Assembly: GCA_030704615.1 (NCBI GenBank)
Contig: CM060731.1
Location: forward strand, 38,564,001-38,628,000
Direction: 5' to 3'
Length of the DNA: 64,000 nt
Source: Takakia lepidozioides
Lineage: Eukaryota; Plantae; Bryophyta
In this document: positions 13,397 to 26,758 of the stretch, piece after piece
How the letters are laid out: every line of letters begins with the position of its first letter
How positions within the stretch are numbered: position 1 is the stretch's first letter
Position numbers and translations under genes: made by a program
The notes under the pieces: generated by a model
The model's input: the letters and a program-made list of their open reading frames with translations, nothing else
What the model was told of the DNA's origin: nothing
The model's database searches: none

Positions 13397-15117
13397 GAGT
13401 TGGACTAAAAAAAAACAAAAAACGCAATCAACATAAATTGGTGTATCTTCTTGCATAAGAAGCTTCTATGTTTAGAGCAAATGACCTTTCTTTTCTTTTC
13501 TTTTCTTTTCTTTTTTTTAAAGGGGCTTTCTTTCAAGATCCACAATCCTATTTTTAAAGGAACTTCCACCCCACCCCACCCCCTTTTTTCTTTTTTTTCC
13601 CCCCTTCCTGAGGAGACACCACACCAACCCACCTTAACTTATTCCTATATCTCCATATACGGACAATTTTGCACTTTTGAGTTATTCATCCAGTAGTATA
13701 TCCATCCAATATATATATTAGAGACTTTGTCACAAGGAAAAAAAAAGAAAAAATTTACTGTTCTTTAAAAGTAAAATATAATGAGGAATGCGAGAACCGA
13801 GGCACAAATGATTCTATCGCTTGTGTAAAATAACAAACTCTCTTTTTATCGTATTTGTTCTAAGTTATATATATTTTTCCCCTCGGGAATCCCTTCGTGA
13901 TTTTTTGTGGGACATTATTATCCACCTTCACTTGGACTTGGTCTTTATAGTGTGGGATTTAAATGGATGACAGCATCCAACCGGATGGAAACCTGATAGC
14001 ATTAGGCGCCATCACGGATGACATAGAGGATAACAACGTCCTGTCACACTGGGAAATCGTCAAAGCGGGTTAGGTAGAGATGCCGACGACAGCTGGCAAC
14101 CGGTGGCCAACGGGATCGACCGGTTATTGCCGGTACGGAGTCACGCGGGCGGGGCCGGGCGTCGCCATCCGCTACCGACCCGACACTCCTACCTACCGGC
14201 CCCGCTTGTCTGCTGCCGACCCGGCTCCTCGGGTCGCGCCGGGTCCCGCCAGGCCGGCCGGACTTCGCTTTTTCATCGTTGCCTTTGCTTCCTCGGCGGT
14301 AGGGCGAAAAGGAGGAGATGGATGAATGATAAATGCTATCGTTGCAGCTTGTTAGGGTACATGGATTGAAAGTGGATGCATGGATGAATGTACCCGACGT
14401 AGGTACTGCGTCATGATGTGATGATGGGTATGATGAGTGGCAGCTCATGTTGTATGGCCATTCATCACTCCGTTACCCTAGTACCATCATTGCCTAATCT
14501 CCTTAAAAATTAATAAAAATAATAAATCATCAGTCTTACCGTACTAGTAAATTGAGGTAGTAGTGGTCACAAGGTCAAATCTGAATTCGCTCCTCCACAA
14601 AGGAAAGTGTAGTAGGGATGGGATGGCCCCTCTGATTGATTAATGGGATGTTACAGGAGTCCATTGTAGTTGAAGCAGTAGTAATAATAATAATAACTAC
14701 ATACGATCGTGAACAAGTAGAACTCTTGGTCATTTGTATTGCATGTTTCGAATGCGGGTTGATGTATACCTTCAATCCCATCAAGATGAGAAAGTAGTTC
14801 TGATTTTGATGGCGTCAAGATTGTAGGCGTGGTCTTGGCCGGCAATACAAGCATGCGGATCATTCTTGTAAGTGAAGCGTTACAACAGACTCTTGGTTTT
14901 TAAGGTTGCCCTCCACTACAGACCAAGACCAACCAAATTGAAGCATTTTTGGTCCAATTTTTTATCATTAGATGCATATACAATATTAGTATCTTAGCTG
15001 TGTATAACTGAGGCGGCCTTAGGACCAAGACCAAAGAAATAGAAATTGCGGTTGAGATGTACTTCATCTTAAATTGACAGCCTCTTGTCTTCTAGTATGA
15101 GCCCTAAGTCCAAACGA

Positions 15118-15452
15118 GTGTTGGGCGGATCTATGCCTTTTTTTCATATATGCCGGCTCTGGATATTAAAAACTTTTGGTTTTAGATATCCGCCAGTTTC
15201 AGGTATTACCAACATGACAAACAGTGGATCCGGTATGCATCCGGTTATCAAGTTTAGGGCTGAGATCCGCCAGTTATTCACGGGTATTGGCCAGATATCT
15301 ACCGGGTATTACACCAGGTATAGGATTTTTTTTTTTGTATTTACATATCCGCCGGTTATGCATCTAACCCAATACTAAAGAATGTCGGTTCCGGGGCCGG
15401 ATACATTGATATCCGGGTTGATATCTTGATGACTCTATATCCACCCAACATT
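15118..15452. mobile_element. MITE-like element with imperfect TIRs and many internal ATCCGG/CCGGTTAT motifs
   Basis: GTGTTGGGCGGAT at the left end pairs with ATCCACCCAACAT at the right end. No clear TSD. Confidence 0.5.
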
Positions 15453-16559
15453 GGTAATTTCTGGAAAAATGACAATTTCAAAATTCTGCCCGCACATTAG
15501 GTGCGTACCTACCTGCTGCAGGGACATGCCAAATTTCAGGGAAGTTGGGTGAAAATCAAGAAAATGCACCGTTGATTGGGGGCCATTTCTGGGCCCTAAC
15601 ACCAAATTTGTAAATTGGTTTGAGTGTGTTTTGAAGATATGTGTGACGGGATTATTTATGAATCTGCTCCCAGTTCACCTTAGTGGGGATCTTCCATCCA
15701 ACGCAAAAAGAACATTGGAATAAGGACAAAATCTCAAGTGCTGACACTTGGTCAAAGTGGACTGGGTCAAATTTTGTTCTTTTGGAAACTCAGCAAATGT
15801 GTGTGTGCTACCTCTACCTTTGTGTTTGCTACATCAACTATCTCTGGCTGTTTGTTGCAGCAACTTGTGACCATGTTGAGCATCCTTATAGACTAGACTT
15901 TCCACCTATTAACCCACCTCAACACACAAAATTGCATTGTGTGAATGGGATTTGAACCCATTGGCTTCCCCCAACTGGCAGCTCACACATGGACATAAGG
16001 GGGAGGATCCCCCCCCCCCTTGTGTGCACCCCTACTTGACAAGGGGAATAACAACTAAACTATATTACCACCTAACCCATTTATTCTACCTCCGAACATG
16101 GAAGCAACTTGGTACTTCCATGACAAATGGCTACAAGATTCTGAAAATTGTTATGGCTTATTCCCAACAGATTGGGTTGCAACATGTGTTATGCCAGCAA
16201 AAGCATGAAGCACAATCTACGAAACATAATGGCTCACAACAATGCCATACAATAGGCGCAATAGGTTGGCGAACATTAAAGGTCGTAAGCTTAGGATGGA
16301 AGAGAACATATATGTTGTTGCAATAGTTACTCTACATCATTCACCAAAATATGCTAAGCACAGAGATAGAACTGCACAACCAGAATGGACATGATTCAAA
16401 CATCTGAACACATGAGCCGCTTGCAGCGTAGGCAAATCTCAGATTGTTACACCAACCCAAAACATTTACCTGCAAATTAGGTAGACCCACATACATTCTC
16501 TATAACACATCCTTCCTTACACTAGAACTTGTCAAGCGACTCTTTAGTGTTTAGAAACA

Positions 16560-17950
16560 AACACAAAGCCACAACACAAAACGACATATGCAATGTGGAG
16601 TTATCTTCTTTTGGAAAAGTGGTTCATTGCACGGTATGGTCTCCTGGATCGAGCATCATTTCTCATATTAAGACCCTTGTCCCTAATTTCTTATGGGGGG
16701 CTACTTCCACTCGAACCAACAAACGTGCGTTGATAAGCTGGAATCAACTTTGTCAGAAAAGAAAACATGATGGCCTCGTTATCAATGATCCAAATACCCA
16801 AGTTCTGGCATTATTGGCAAAATGGGTGCCCCGTGTCTTCATTCACAGTCCTTTGAGCCTCTTGGTCAGTAACCATTTGATGGCTGCGATCCCGTCCACT
16901 TCTTAGAGGCTAGCCTCCTTCCCTCAAGTGGGTGGTTCAAGGGGGGAGATATAATCCCAGCCCAGACTGGGGCTCAGGGGCTTGGCATACTATTTGGCAT
17001 GCTTGGACTACATTGAGACCTTTCCTCTCTCAACTGAGTCCTACCAGATCTTGGACGAGGTTCTAAGACAACCCTTACTTGATAACTACAACAGGGATGT
17101 CGAGGCATTTATCCCTTGCTCTACCCATTGGTCACACTCGGAAGCTACAAGTTGTCTCACTTCACTCATATTTGGGCCAACGGGTCTGTCATTACGCCAC
17201 AACTAGCTTGTGTTGATTTCTCTTCTCACTGAATTGCTAATGGCTAGAATATAGTCACGGGTAGGTGATGAGTAATTCCATTTCTGAATTCCTACAACTC
17301 CCATCCTCTCTTGCCAATTTGGCTTGGTTACCGCCATAATAATTCTTCTAGAGCGTTGTTTGCTACAACAGCTTCGGATACTCACATATGATCTAGTCGT
17401 GGCTTCCTTATCGACTCCTCTGCAATCTTATCTATTCCCTCTGCTACTTCCATCCCTGCTACTACATTTTTTATTTTTTTTTCATATTTGTGTGTTCTCT
17501 ACAATCTTTGGTAGAATCAATTATCCCCCCCCCCCCATAGACATTCATCACTACCTTGGCAATTTTACTTGGACGTTCCTATGGGCTTCTATAATTGAAC
17601 TAATTCAATTTGATCCAGGAGAGTGGATTTGGAGATCCAAGGATCATGCCTCTTTTTTTGTATATACGGTTAAAATGGGTTACTCACTGATTTGGCAGCA
17701 ACACATCATGAATTCAAAATGGTCCTCTAAATGGCCGGCTCACCTCTCGGGCTCGTATAACCAATGGGAACCTATATGGACCGAATTTGGAGGAAGGATA
17801 GGGTTGCCGAGATCTCGGCCTTCCTGTGGAGGCGGATTCTCCTGGTGGCGGCCTCTTTCACTAATGGCCCTATGTTTTGCGTATCATGCAACACGGTCCA
17901 CATAAAAGATCAAACATTGCCTTACTTCCTGTCCTCTAGCAACGCGAATG
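16560..17950 (+). pseudogene. Degenerate L1-type LINE ORF2 remnant (post-RT region and zf-RVT region)
   Basis: NFLWGATSTRTNKRALISWNQLCQKRKHDGLVI...LALLAKW matches the plant L1 pattern FLW...SW..LC..K..GGLG. YTVKMGY and RIWRKDRVAEISAFLWR resemble zf-RVT. Multiple stops and frameshifts. Confidence 0.75.
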
Positions 17951-17989
17951 TGGCATCATGCAACAACCTTCTACTCTTTTTGGCATTCT

Positions 17990-18246
17990 GTATTAGGTAA
18001 AGTCCTGCAACGAGGGTTTTACGCGATTGAAGATTCCATAGCCCTGAAGGCATGGGAATCTTGATTTGCCTAAAGCCCGAGTTATAGGACATTAACTCAC
18101 ATAAAAACTGCATTGTAGACCGTGTAAAAAAAAACTACATGCCTATCTGCCCGTAATTTGAGGGCCTGAGCCCATGGGCTCCACGGCGTAAGATGACAAG
18201 CTGGATTTTATGCTATTTAAAGCCCACCAAAACTACACTAGCTAGG
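17990..18246. repeat. Dispersed repeat, copy 2 (inverted relative to 11549-11820)
   Basis: Contains AGGTAAAGTCCTG...GATTCCATAGCCC...GGCATGGGAATCTTGA and AAAGCCCACCAAAACTACACTAG, matching the reverse complement of copy 1. Confidence 0.8.
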
Positions 18247-21200
18247 TTTTTATGATCTTGTTATGACGCTTGCGATCCTTCTATTAAACTACCACTTTGG
18301 CTCTATCTAGAACTCTTGCCCGGTCAAGGCTATAATCCGTGCTTATGTTCTCTGACATCTTTGGAAAACTCACTGCTGATAAGAATCTTATTAGGTAAGT
18401 GTGATTATGCACAGAATGTTCGTCGCGTGCTTCTTGCAGCTATTTGCATATGTGAAGATCGAAGGCGTGCAGAGCTTCTCAAAGGTTCGACGATTCTGGG
18501 GACACAGAGGCCTTCTATGTACAAGGATTTCGGACGAGCGAGTTTCTTGCAATGACTTCAATATCCCGCCATGCCGACATTTCACTTAGCGCCAAGATGT
18601 CACTTGCAGATAAAGAAGAACCTAAGGTCAACTGACGCCACGGCAGCGTCGTAGCTTTAAGAAAGACAAATCTAAGGCCCACTATCCTTCGATCAGCCTA
18701 AGAGGAAGTGTTGTAGTTTCTAGTTTCCATCTGCAGTCTTCACTGTCTCTCCCATGGCTCTAGCTTTTCATGCATATCGAACCTGCTTAATTCAGACTCT
18801 TCAACTGTTTCCTTCTCCCATAGTTTTCATGATAGGCATGGAGCTGTTTTCTTGGGTTACAGAGCGGTACCTCTTTTGTAAGCCTCCGTGGCTCTGTTTT
18901 TAAAAAAAAAAAATTAAAGGAAAAGGGATAATGGCCCTTTTAATCAAATTAATAAATAAAGCAAGAGTCACAATTGGTGGAAAAAATAACCACCATGGGG
19001 CCGTGAAGGCTTATTGTGGGGGAACATCCAAGAGTGTATGGCTGTTTTGTAAGGTTAATTTTGTCCTTGCGCCATCAATAAATTTTATGACTCATTCGGG
19101 TCCCTTAAAAAATATAAAGAATTAAAAAAAGGTTGGTAGATGTTGGTTGGTTCATGTCTTTTGACTGGAAGTATTGCGATGGATGGAAGTTGATTCAATT
19201 GTCTGGTCACCGCACATCCAGCAAGTTGATAATGGTTCTGTAGTACGTGTCCTGCTTAGAATCCAACACGTTCTGAAGGTTATTTGTACTTGTAACGGAG
19301 GGATTACACGCGGAATTGTCGTGTAGGTGGAGAGAGAGAGAGAGCTTTGAATTCGTGCTCGACAGACAAGAGAAGGGAGGCTCATGATTTTGGAAGACAA
19401 GGAGGCGACTGGGCTGCAGTGTGGAGGTTTTGGAGTGTGGACCTCTGACTGTGTCTCCATTTCTCTGGGAAGATGGTATGTTCTATTCTTCGCCTTCCCG
19501 TTTGATAATGGTTGTTCAAAGACTTGTATGGAAAAACCCTAATTTCATGTTTGATTTGCAATATGCACCTCTTCCATGTAACATCTTTGGGAGGATGAGC
19601 CTAATGGTTTGAAGGGTAAGCTTAATCAGATCTCGTCCCAACGCCGGTTGATGGGCTACGGGTGCCTTTCTTCACTGTGGGCGATGGTCTGTTGAAGATC
19701 TGCCGGTTCGTAATGAGGCCATTGTACTGACAATGGTTTTGTGTGGGAGTGGGATTTTGGGCAGTCTGCATTATTTAATTTCCAGTCATTCTTGACGGTG
19801 GTGTTGCTGGTCATCTGCACCTGCACTTACATCAAGATCCACTTCCCTACAATTTTGAGTCAGAAGACGGGGTGAGCATTTTTTTCTTGGCTAGCTTCTT
19901 GGCTGACACAATCAACTTGAACGATCCCATTTTCTGCGCACCCCTTAAAGTTTATAGTGAGATTTACATGGGCGAGATGGTGGATTTGGGTGTCTTCTTA
20001 TTTGACTGTGTATGCTGGTCAGCCTTTAGCAGATCGCTTACACAATATTTGAAGAACCGGAAGCAGACACTGACAAGAAAAGGAAATGTACTCCCACCAA
20101 GTAACTCTTTCCGGTGCTCACTCATGAACTACCAAAAAGGATGGGAGTGGTGTCAGGGTGATAGAGCAGAAAAATAAACTTAAATGAGGACAATCTTGCA
20201 GATCTGATGATCTTCTATTGCTTTGGTTGAAGTGATGCAGTGTTATGCTCTTCTCAATCACACCTTTACAATGTAGGGCTAAGAGGAAGGATGATGCTGG
20301 CTTAAGCTAGCATAAGTGGGTGCCACCTTCACCCATGAAGGCTACTACCCTGATTTTTCTAGTAGTCATTTTACTGGATTCATGGGGAATTTTTTATCCC
20401 ATTCTCCATTCAAATGCCCCAACCAAAGGCTTGCATATGCTGCTCTTTGCAGTCTTGGTCATCTGCCAGTAGCTTCCACATATATGGTGGTTCTACCAAA
20501 AAGCTCCACCTAGGGCTTATGTTGGAGGTTACTTTGTGTGGTCCATCCAGCTGTGAATGGTGGGCATTGCCTCGGCACACTGTCCCAGGAACTGGGTCAT
20601 CTTCTGGAAACTGCCAATTGAACGCATTCTTTGGTGAGTCGATCACACAGTGTAACCTCCTACATAGGCCGGAGGTTGATTACAACACAACTACTGTCTC
20701 TTTGGCCATCTTGCCACCACTAGGTCACCTGTGAGAAGCTCTGGAAATTGAACACCTTCATGGTTGGATGAAGTACACAATGTAAGCTCAATGTTGTATG
20801 TGGATTTCAACACAGGATCAGCATCTTGGTGGCCACATTGCCATGACCACTGTCATCTATTGGAAGCTGTTGAGTGGAACATCCTCCAGTAGGTTACAGT
20901 TGAATCCATGTTCAGCTGGCCCTACAAGATCTTAGGTATATATATATAATGATGATTCCTTCATTCCATTTTGTCCTACCACATTGTGGGATATCTGCAG
21001 CTTAAATTGAGCTCAGGAGGGGTTCCTGTCCCATTCTTGCAGCCGTTTAAGGGCCAGGCTGTACTTAAGCACTGTCAGATTTTACAGTTAACATGTTATA
21101 TGACAGCAAACTAGTTTTCACTATTTTCTTAACCTCGCTAGTTTCTTTGTTCGTTCAAAGCTGCTACTGATTTAGTGTGCGTTTCAGCCAATATCTAAAT

Positions 21201-21713
21201 CATCTAAATGTTTTCTTATTCCTACCTGTAAAAGTGCCAGATATTCGCCATCTGGTTCCTGATGTATGAGACTGTCCACTCAAAAACTACTGCCAGGACC
21301 TAAAGCACATTAGTTTTTAAGTCTACATCATGCCAATATTTTGCCAGATGGCCAACAAGTGCATCTGTTTCCCTCTGTGCATCGTTTCTGTTTGTTTCTG
21401 AACCTTCTTTGATCTCTCATATTGTTGAGTTGGAATCCTAGTGTGCTTATTTTTGCTGTGGTGGGTGACTTACAGGTTTCGGGGATTTTTTTGGAAAGCA
21501 GCGCGCGTAGGTAACTCTCTGACTAGCCTGCTCTTTCTAAAGAGTTCGCTTTTGTAAGATTCCTGTTTTGATATATTATCAAAGTTGAGGTCTTCTTTTA
21601 ATAGATTGGGCTTGTCACAGTAGTCTAATGACAGAATGGGCAAGTACCCACGAATGGCAGGATTTCAGAGTTTAGGATTCTCCTCCATCAACACCTAGAA
21701 GGGGCTTAAAGAT

Positions 21714-21948
21714 TATTGTTCTGTCAGACAAGAGAATTGCTCTGTATGTGTGAATGTCTCTCCCAGAGTAATAATGGAAACCTAACAAGGCCATCACATA
21801 GACCCTGAAGTCTACAGAGCAACCAACAAGCATATTGTTGTGTCAGACGAGAGAATTGCTCTGTATGTGTGAATGTCTCTCCCAAAGTAATAATGGAAAC
21901 CTAACAAGGCCATCACATAGACCCTGAAGTCTATGGAGCAACCACAAG
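21714..21948. repeat. Tandem duplication, ~119-bp unit x2
   Basis: TGTCAGACRAGAGAATTGCTCTGTATG...GAGCAACC starts at both 21722 and 21841. Confidence 0.9.
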
Positions 21949-24600
21949 CGCATTGAAACTTACTCCTTGGGATTCTGTTCGAACTGTTAGGGGCTCAATA
22001 AATCCATATGTAAGGAATTTGTAAGGTGGACATAAGGGTTATTTGATGGATAATAACTAACCGACTATACCATAAATTTTACTGAACCATTTCTCTGGCA
22101 GTGATTGTCATCCTTTTATTTGTTCCATGTAAATGAAAGTCTGAAGTGGTGATTGTCACGTTTTTTCTCTCTGTACATAAAATCAGTGTTCTGAGCAAAG
22201 ACAGTGTCCATGGCCAAAGCATGATGTAAATAAGAGATCCTTCAGAGCTTGTGGCGATTGAAGCCGAATCAGTTGTTGCTGACACTCTGAAGGATAGTGA
22301 CCAATTGTTCTGTGGAAGTTTAGGTACAAGTCTTCCTCCCTCCTTTTTGGTCTGCACAGGTGAGAAAGGCGAGCCTGGTGCCTCAATCTCCATTATCACC
22401 TTATATCTTACACATTCGCACACTATCCACAAAGATATGTTATTAGATCTGAAGCTGTCCCTTAGACAAATGTAAGATACTACAACATTAGAAGGAATTT
22501 CATGGCCAGTTCCATGGATTTTAGGCGATTTAACCAACGAGTTCTTCCCACTTGTGCAGGTGAACGATTAAGCCCGTGGGTGGCAGGTTGCTGTGTTGTG
22601 ATGGGGTTGACCATTCTTTTCTTCTGAGGTACCTTTGACACATGGTTGATCATTTTGAAAGTGATATTACACTCCAGATGGAAAGTCCACAACACACTCA
22701 GCATGATCAATCTCATTATGTTGATACATTTGACGGAATGCTAGATTCCAGGTTAGTCACAGGCAAGTACAGCCTTGGTGAAAAGAATGAAGTGGAGTCT
22801 GAGATCAACGGCCAAACCCTAATGACACCTGCACCATGGTTTCACTTGCATGCATGTTGAGGTGGAAGGAAGGAAATGCCTGAATTTCTGCTTGTGTCTG
22901 GTTTGAGAGCTGCCCCCAGAGGCAGTCACTTCCAATTGTTATGTGGAATGTTGGAAACCAGCACACTGGAAAAATGAAAATGAAATTCAGAACTGAAGAC
23001 ATTTCTCGATACTGTCTTTAGAAGGCACTCACCTATGATTGCAGACATTGTTACCTTTACTGGCCCACCAATGCTAAAATCTTTCGAGGGCGTATGTGTG
23101 TTCCATGCATGTGCTGAAGCATGGATACGGGGAAGGTTGCAATCTGCAGGGTTGAGCTGCATGTTTTTGGCATCAACTTGTTATTGTCATCAACCTCTAA
23201 GACTTTGTGTTCTCAACTGCATTGCTGAGAAAGCTTTGATTTAATGTCGGAAGAAGACAAATAGTACAACACCTTCAGGACGGCAACAAAAAGAGCTTGT
23301 GCTAGAACTATCTTCTCCTGTCTGATGACCTCTCTGAAGAGAAAAGTTGGACTTCTGCCAAACTTTGTATACTATTTCTTTTCACTGCGCAGGGCTATAA
23401 TCTTTTGCATGCCTAAATTCCAACAGACGTTAAGTTGACAGTACAGAAATCACATTTGCATACAAATATAGCAGATACATGAAGTTAAGGTCATTGCCAC
23501 TTGTCTTCGCAGCTATACCACCAGTAGTAGAAAATTCACAAAGATGGGATCCAAAATAGACTTGACAGTTAAAACATCCATACAAATCTGACCGGTCATA
23601 AAGTTTCTCAACTGAACAGTTAACCCAACGGAACCGTTCAGTTGGGTTTATACCCAAGTGGGGTGGTCCCCTTCATTGTTTGCAAAGTACAGTGACTCTC
23701 TGCAGAATGTGCTATATATGGGTACGGCCACAGAGATTGGACAATGATATGGCACTTTGAGGGAAGAGGTCTACCGCCCTACTTGCAAGATTTTGACATG
23801 GCAAAGTGGCAGTGATACTAGGACCCCCTGGAATTGTTCATTGACAGCTGCCTACAATATTATAATGGTTGAGTTATTGCTTTTTTTTCATAAAAAAAAC
23901 TTATCAATAAAGTGTTTTAAATTCCCTCCAAAAACAGTAAAGTGGTCTAAAATGAAACATATTATTTTATATTGTCCGACAGTCCTAGATGAATGTTGTA
24001 GAAAGGGACAACATTTCAGTTGTCTTGAAATGGTTAGGGGTTATGGGACGTTTTTTTTCTTCTTTTCATTTTTCATTTTTCATTTTCATTTTTTTCTTGA
24101 AAAAGGGAAATACCTGGGACAAATCAGGCCCCTTAATTATGGTGAGAGGAGAAAATAACCTCTTTCGCAGTAACCTCGCCCTGAAGGCTTTTCCCATGGG
24201 AGACCGCCCAAGGGAAGGGCGAGATGAACATACCGCACCCAACAATGTCGCAGTATTCGACCCAAGGATCATGGTATTTTTCTTTTTTACCAGATAAATA
24301 AATAAATAAGGGTCCTGTCCCGAATCCTGGCAGAGGCTGTTCCTGAAGGTCGAAAAAAGGGAGAGCATTGGAGCGGCCAATGGGGAGGGAGGGGACGGAC
24401 ATTGGAATGGGTGAAATGTAAGGCCACATGTCGAGGCTGGCATAGAAGTAGGAGGTGTATTTATTTATTTTTTGAGGGAATCGTCCGGGAGCAACCAACC
24501 CACTCACAAAATCAGGCCCCTTGCAGAGAGAGGAGAAATAATCAAGGCAAGTCGGAGCCTACACCAGTCAGCGGGATTTGAGCCCAATATCACCCAGGCG

Positions 24601-24879
24601 CAGTTTTGTTTTTTTGGAAAATAACAGGAGTGGCTACTGAGTTTTGCAGGAAATAGCCATATTTTCCGTTCATCCACTGAAATTTGGACAGAATCATCCT
24701 CCACTGTATTTTCATCCATGTATATCATCCATATTAGGCGAATTCATCCCAGATTTATATTTTTTTTGGAGAAGTTTGGCGATTTCATCCATGAGAAAAT
24801 AGGGAATTTACGACAGAATATTCGACCTTTTTTTTTTAGGTCGAAAAAGTACGAAATTTCGCCAGAAATAAAAACACTG
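24601..24879. mobile_element. hAT-type MITE with 8-bp TSD
   Basis: Ends CAGTTTTGTTT and AAAACACTG, flanked on both sides by CCCAGGCG (24593-24600 and 24880-24887). Confidence 0.8.
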
Positions 24880-25289
24880 CCCAGGCGGCTCTCAATGCTC
24901 AAGTGGCGGAGACGGGGAAACACCCTTCAACCATAGACACCCCCAAGGAACAGTATGTAGCATTGCAGCAGGAGCTGCAAATTGGTGGTGCCCGTAACCA
25001 CATTATCAAATGAACACTCTTGTCGTCACCATTGCGCCGCCTGGTGGGATGTCGGAATGAAAGTCGTCACATCAGACAATTCCAGAGAGTGAATGAAGTT
25101 TAATCATTCGAACCCCTTATTCCAAACATGACTGTCTGAAAGATTTACGCAGTTCATCCAATTCAAGTTTATTTTCCAAGATAATAATGAAAGCTTTACA
25201 TAGTTCATCCATCCAATTCAATTTCCTTTTCAAAATAATAATCAAATATAAAGGAGGGATAATATGAAACCCTCAAAAACATTAAAATG

Positions 25290-25480
25290 GAATATTCTGT
25301 CGTAAATTCCCAATTTTTTCATGGATGAAATCGCCAAACTTCTACAAGGAAAAAAAAATTGATGAATTCGCCAAATGTGGATGATATAAATGGATGAAAG
25401 TACATAGGAGGATGATTCTATCCAAATTTCAATGGATGAACAGAATATATAGCTATTTCTTGTAGCCACTCGTGCTATTT
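25290..25480. repeat. Inverted partial copy of the same MITE family
   Basis: Reverse complement of about 24630-24823, e.g. GAATATTCTGTCGTAAATTCCC vs GGGAATTTACGACAGAATATTC. Confidence 0.8.
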
Positions 25481-26124
25481 TTCAAATCTAAGAAAAAAAA
25501 TCACTGCCTCAAAGTTTGAGAAGAAAGACAAGGGTTTGACATTTGAAAATTCAAATCAGAGACTTGTGATTGCAATGGTCCTCCGGGAATAAATGCGTCC
25601 AATCATTAGTTGCACTAGCCCATGATATGTGTTGAAGGTGTTGCTTGGTGATGAGGCCCTCCCATTCCTGCTGCAACAAGACAGGCCCACACACATTTAA
25701 TGAAGGTTCCTGAAGCAAGTCAACAGCGCTCAACAACCCACCAAACATAAGTGGTCACACTCTTCACAGGCAAACTGGCGGCCATGTCAAGTCCACACTG
25801 AAGCCAGCACAGGATCATGCTGCCCTCCTTGTCTGCGTGGGGGAGCACAAGCACTCACACATTCACTCGGAGTCACGCATTCATCAATCGTCACACATAA
25901 AATATAGCAGTCAACACATGGATCATCCGCATGTTGCCAAAGCAAGCAAGCACCCTCCAAGCCACATAGCCTGATCACACTAAAGAAGGCTGCACTAGAC
26001 GGCAAGATTTGGGTATAAATGGTCTCCACTGCTCTCCACATTGGAGACAGGAAGTTGGCTTCCTCTACACGTCTTCTCCACACTGGGCCACCACCACACA
26101 GAAAAGAATCACTCATCACACATA

Positions 26125-26758
26125 CCGTCCCTGGACAACCGTTTGTGCCTAATAATAAAATCAATCAATCAGAAAATTAGGCATGTTTTGAAAACAATTT
26201 CTCAAATTAGTCATCTTCATGCTATAATTTTTTAGAATTAGGCACATGAGAAGAGAAAACATTTTTTTTTAAAGAATAAAATTATAAAATAGACACCCAA
26301 TGCCCATGGGCCCTTCAAGGCTCCAGCTACCTTTCATTTCCTTTGAAACCCTAAAAATGCCCCCCTTTGTTGTGCGCGGTGCTCCAAGGCTCAAGCTGGT
26401 ACATGCAAGCTTTCCCTTCGCTCTCACACTTTAGGTGAGTTCAATATTGAGCGTCCACACTACACTGGTTTTCATATTGGTAGTGCATGGTCTTACATAA
26501 CGGTACTCTTGAGTTGTGGTAGGCTGGTAGGCTAGTTATTTCCGCACAAATATATTTGTATTGATTTTTGTTCAAATAAATTTTGATCTTATTACAAACA
26601 TGAGAAGAGGCTTGCAAGTTTTTTTTGGAATTTTTGGGCATTAGGCACTTTGGTCCCATAATTTCCCAACAATTAGGCCAAAATCTGAAAAATTCACAGA
26701 ATTGGTTAGGCACTTTCATGTTGAATTAATTATCGCCTAAACGTTTGTCCAGGGACGG
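26125..26758. mobile_element. Tc1/mariner-type MITE (~634 bp) with TA TSD
   Basis: TA|CCGTCCCTGGACAACCGTTT ... AAACGTTTGTCCAGGGACGG|TA, with an AT-rich non-coding interior. Confidence 0.8.
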
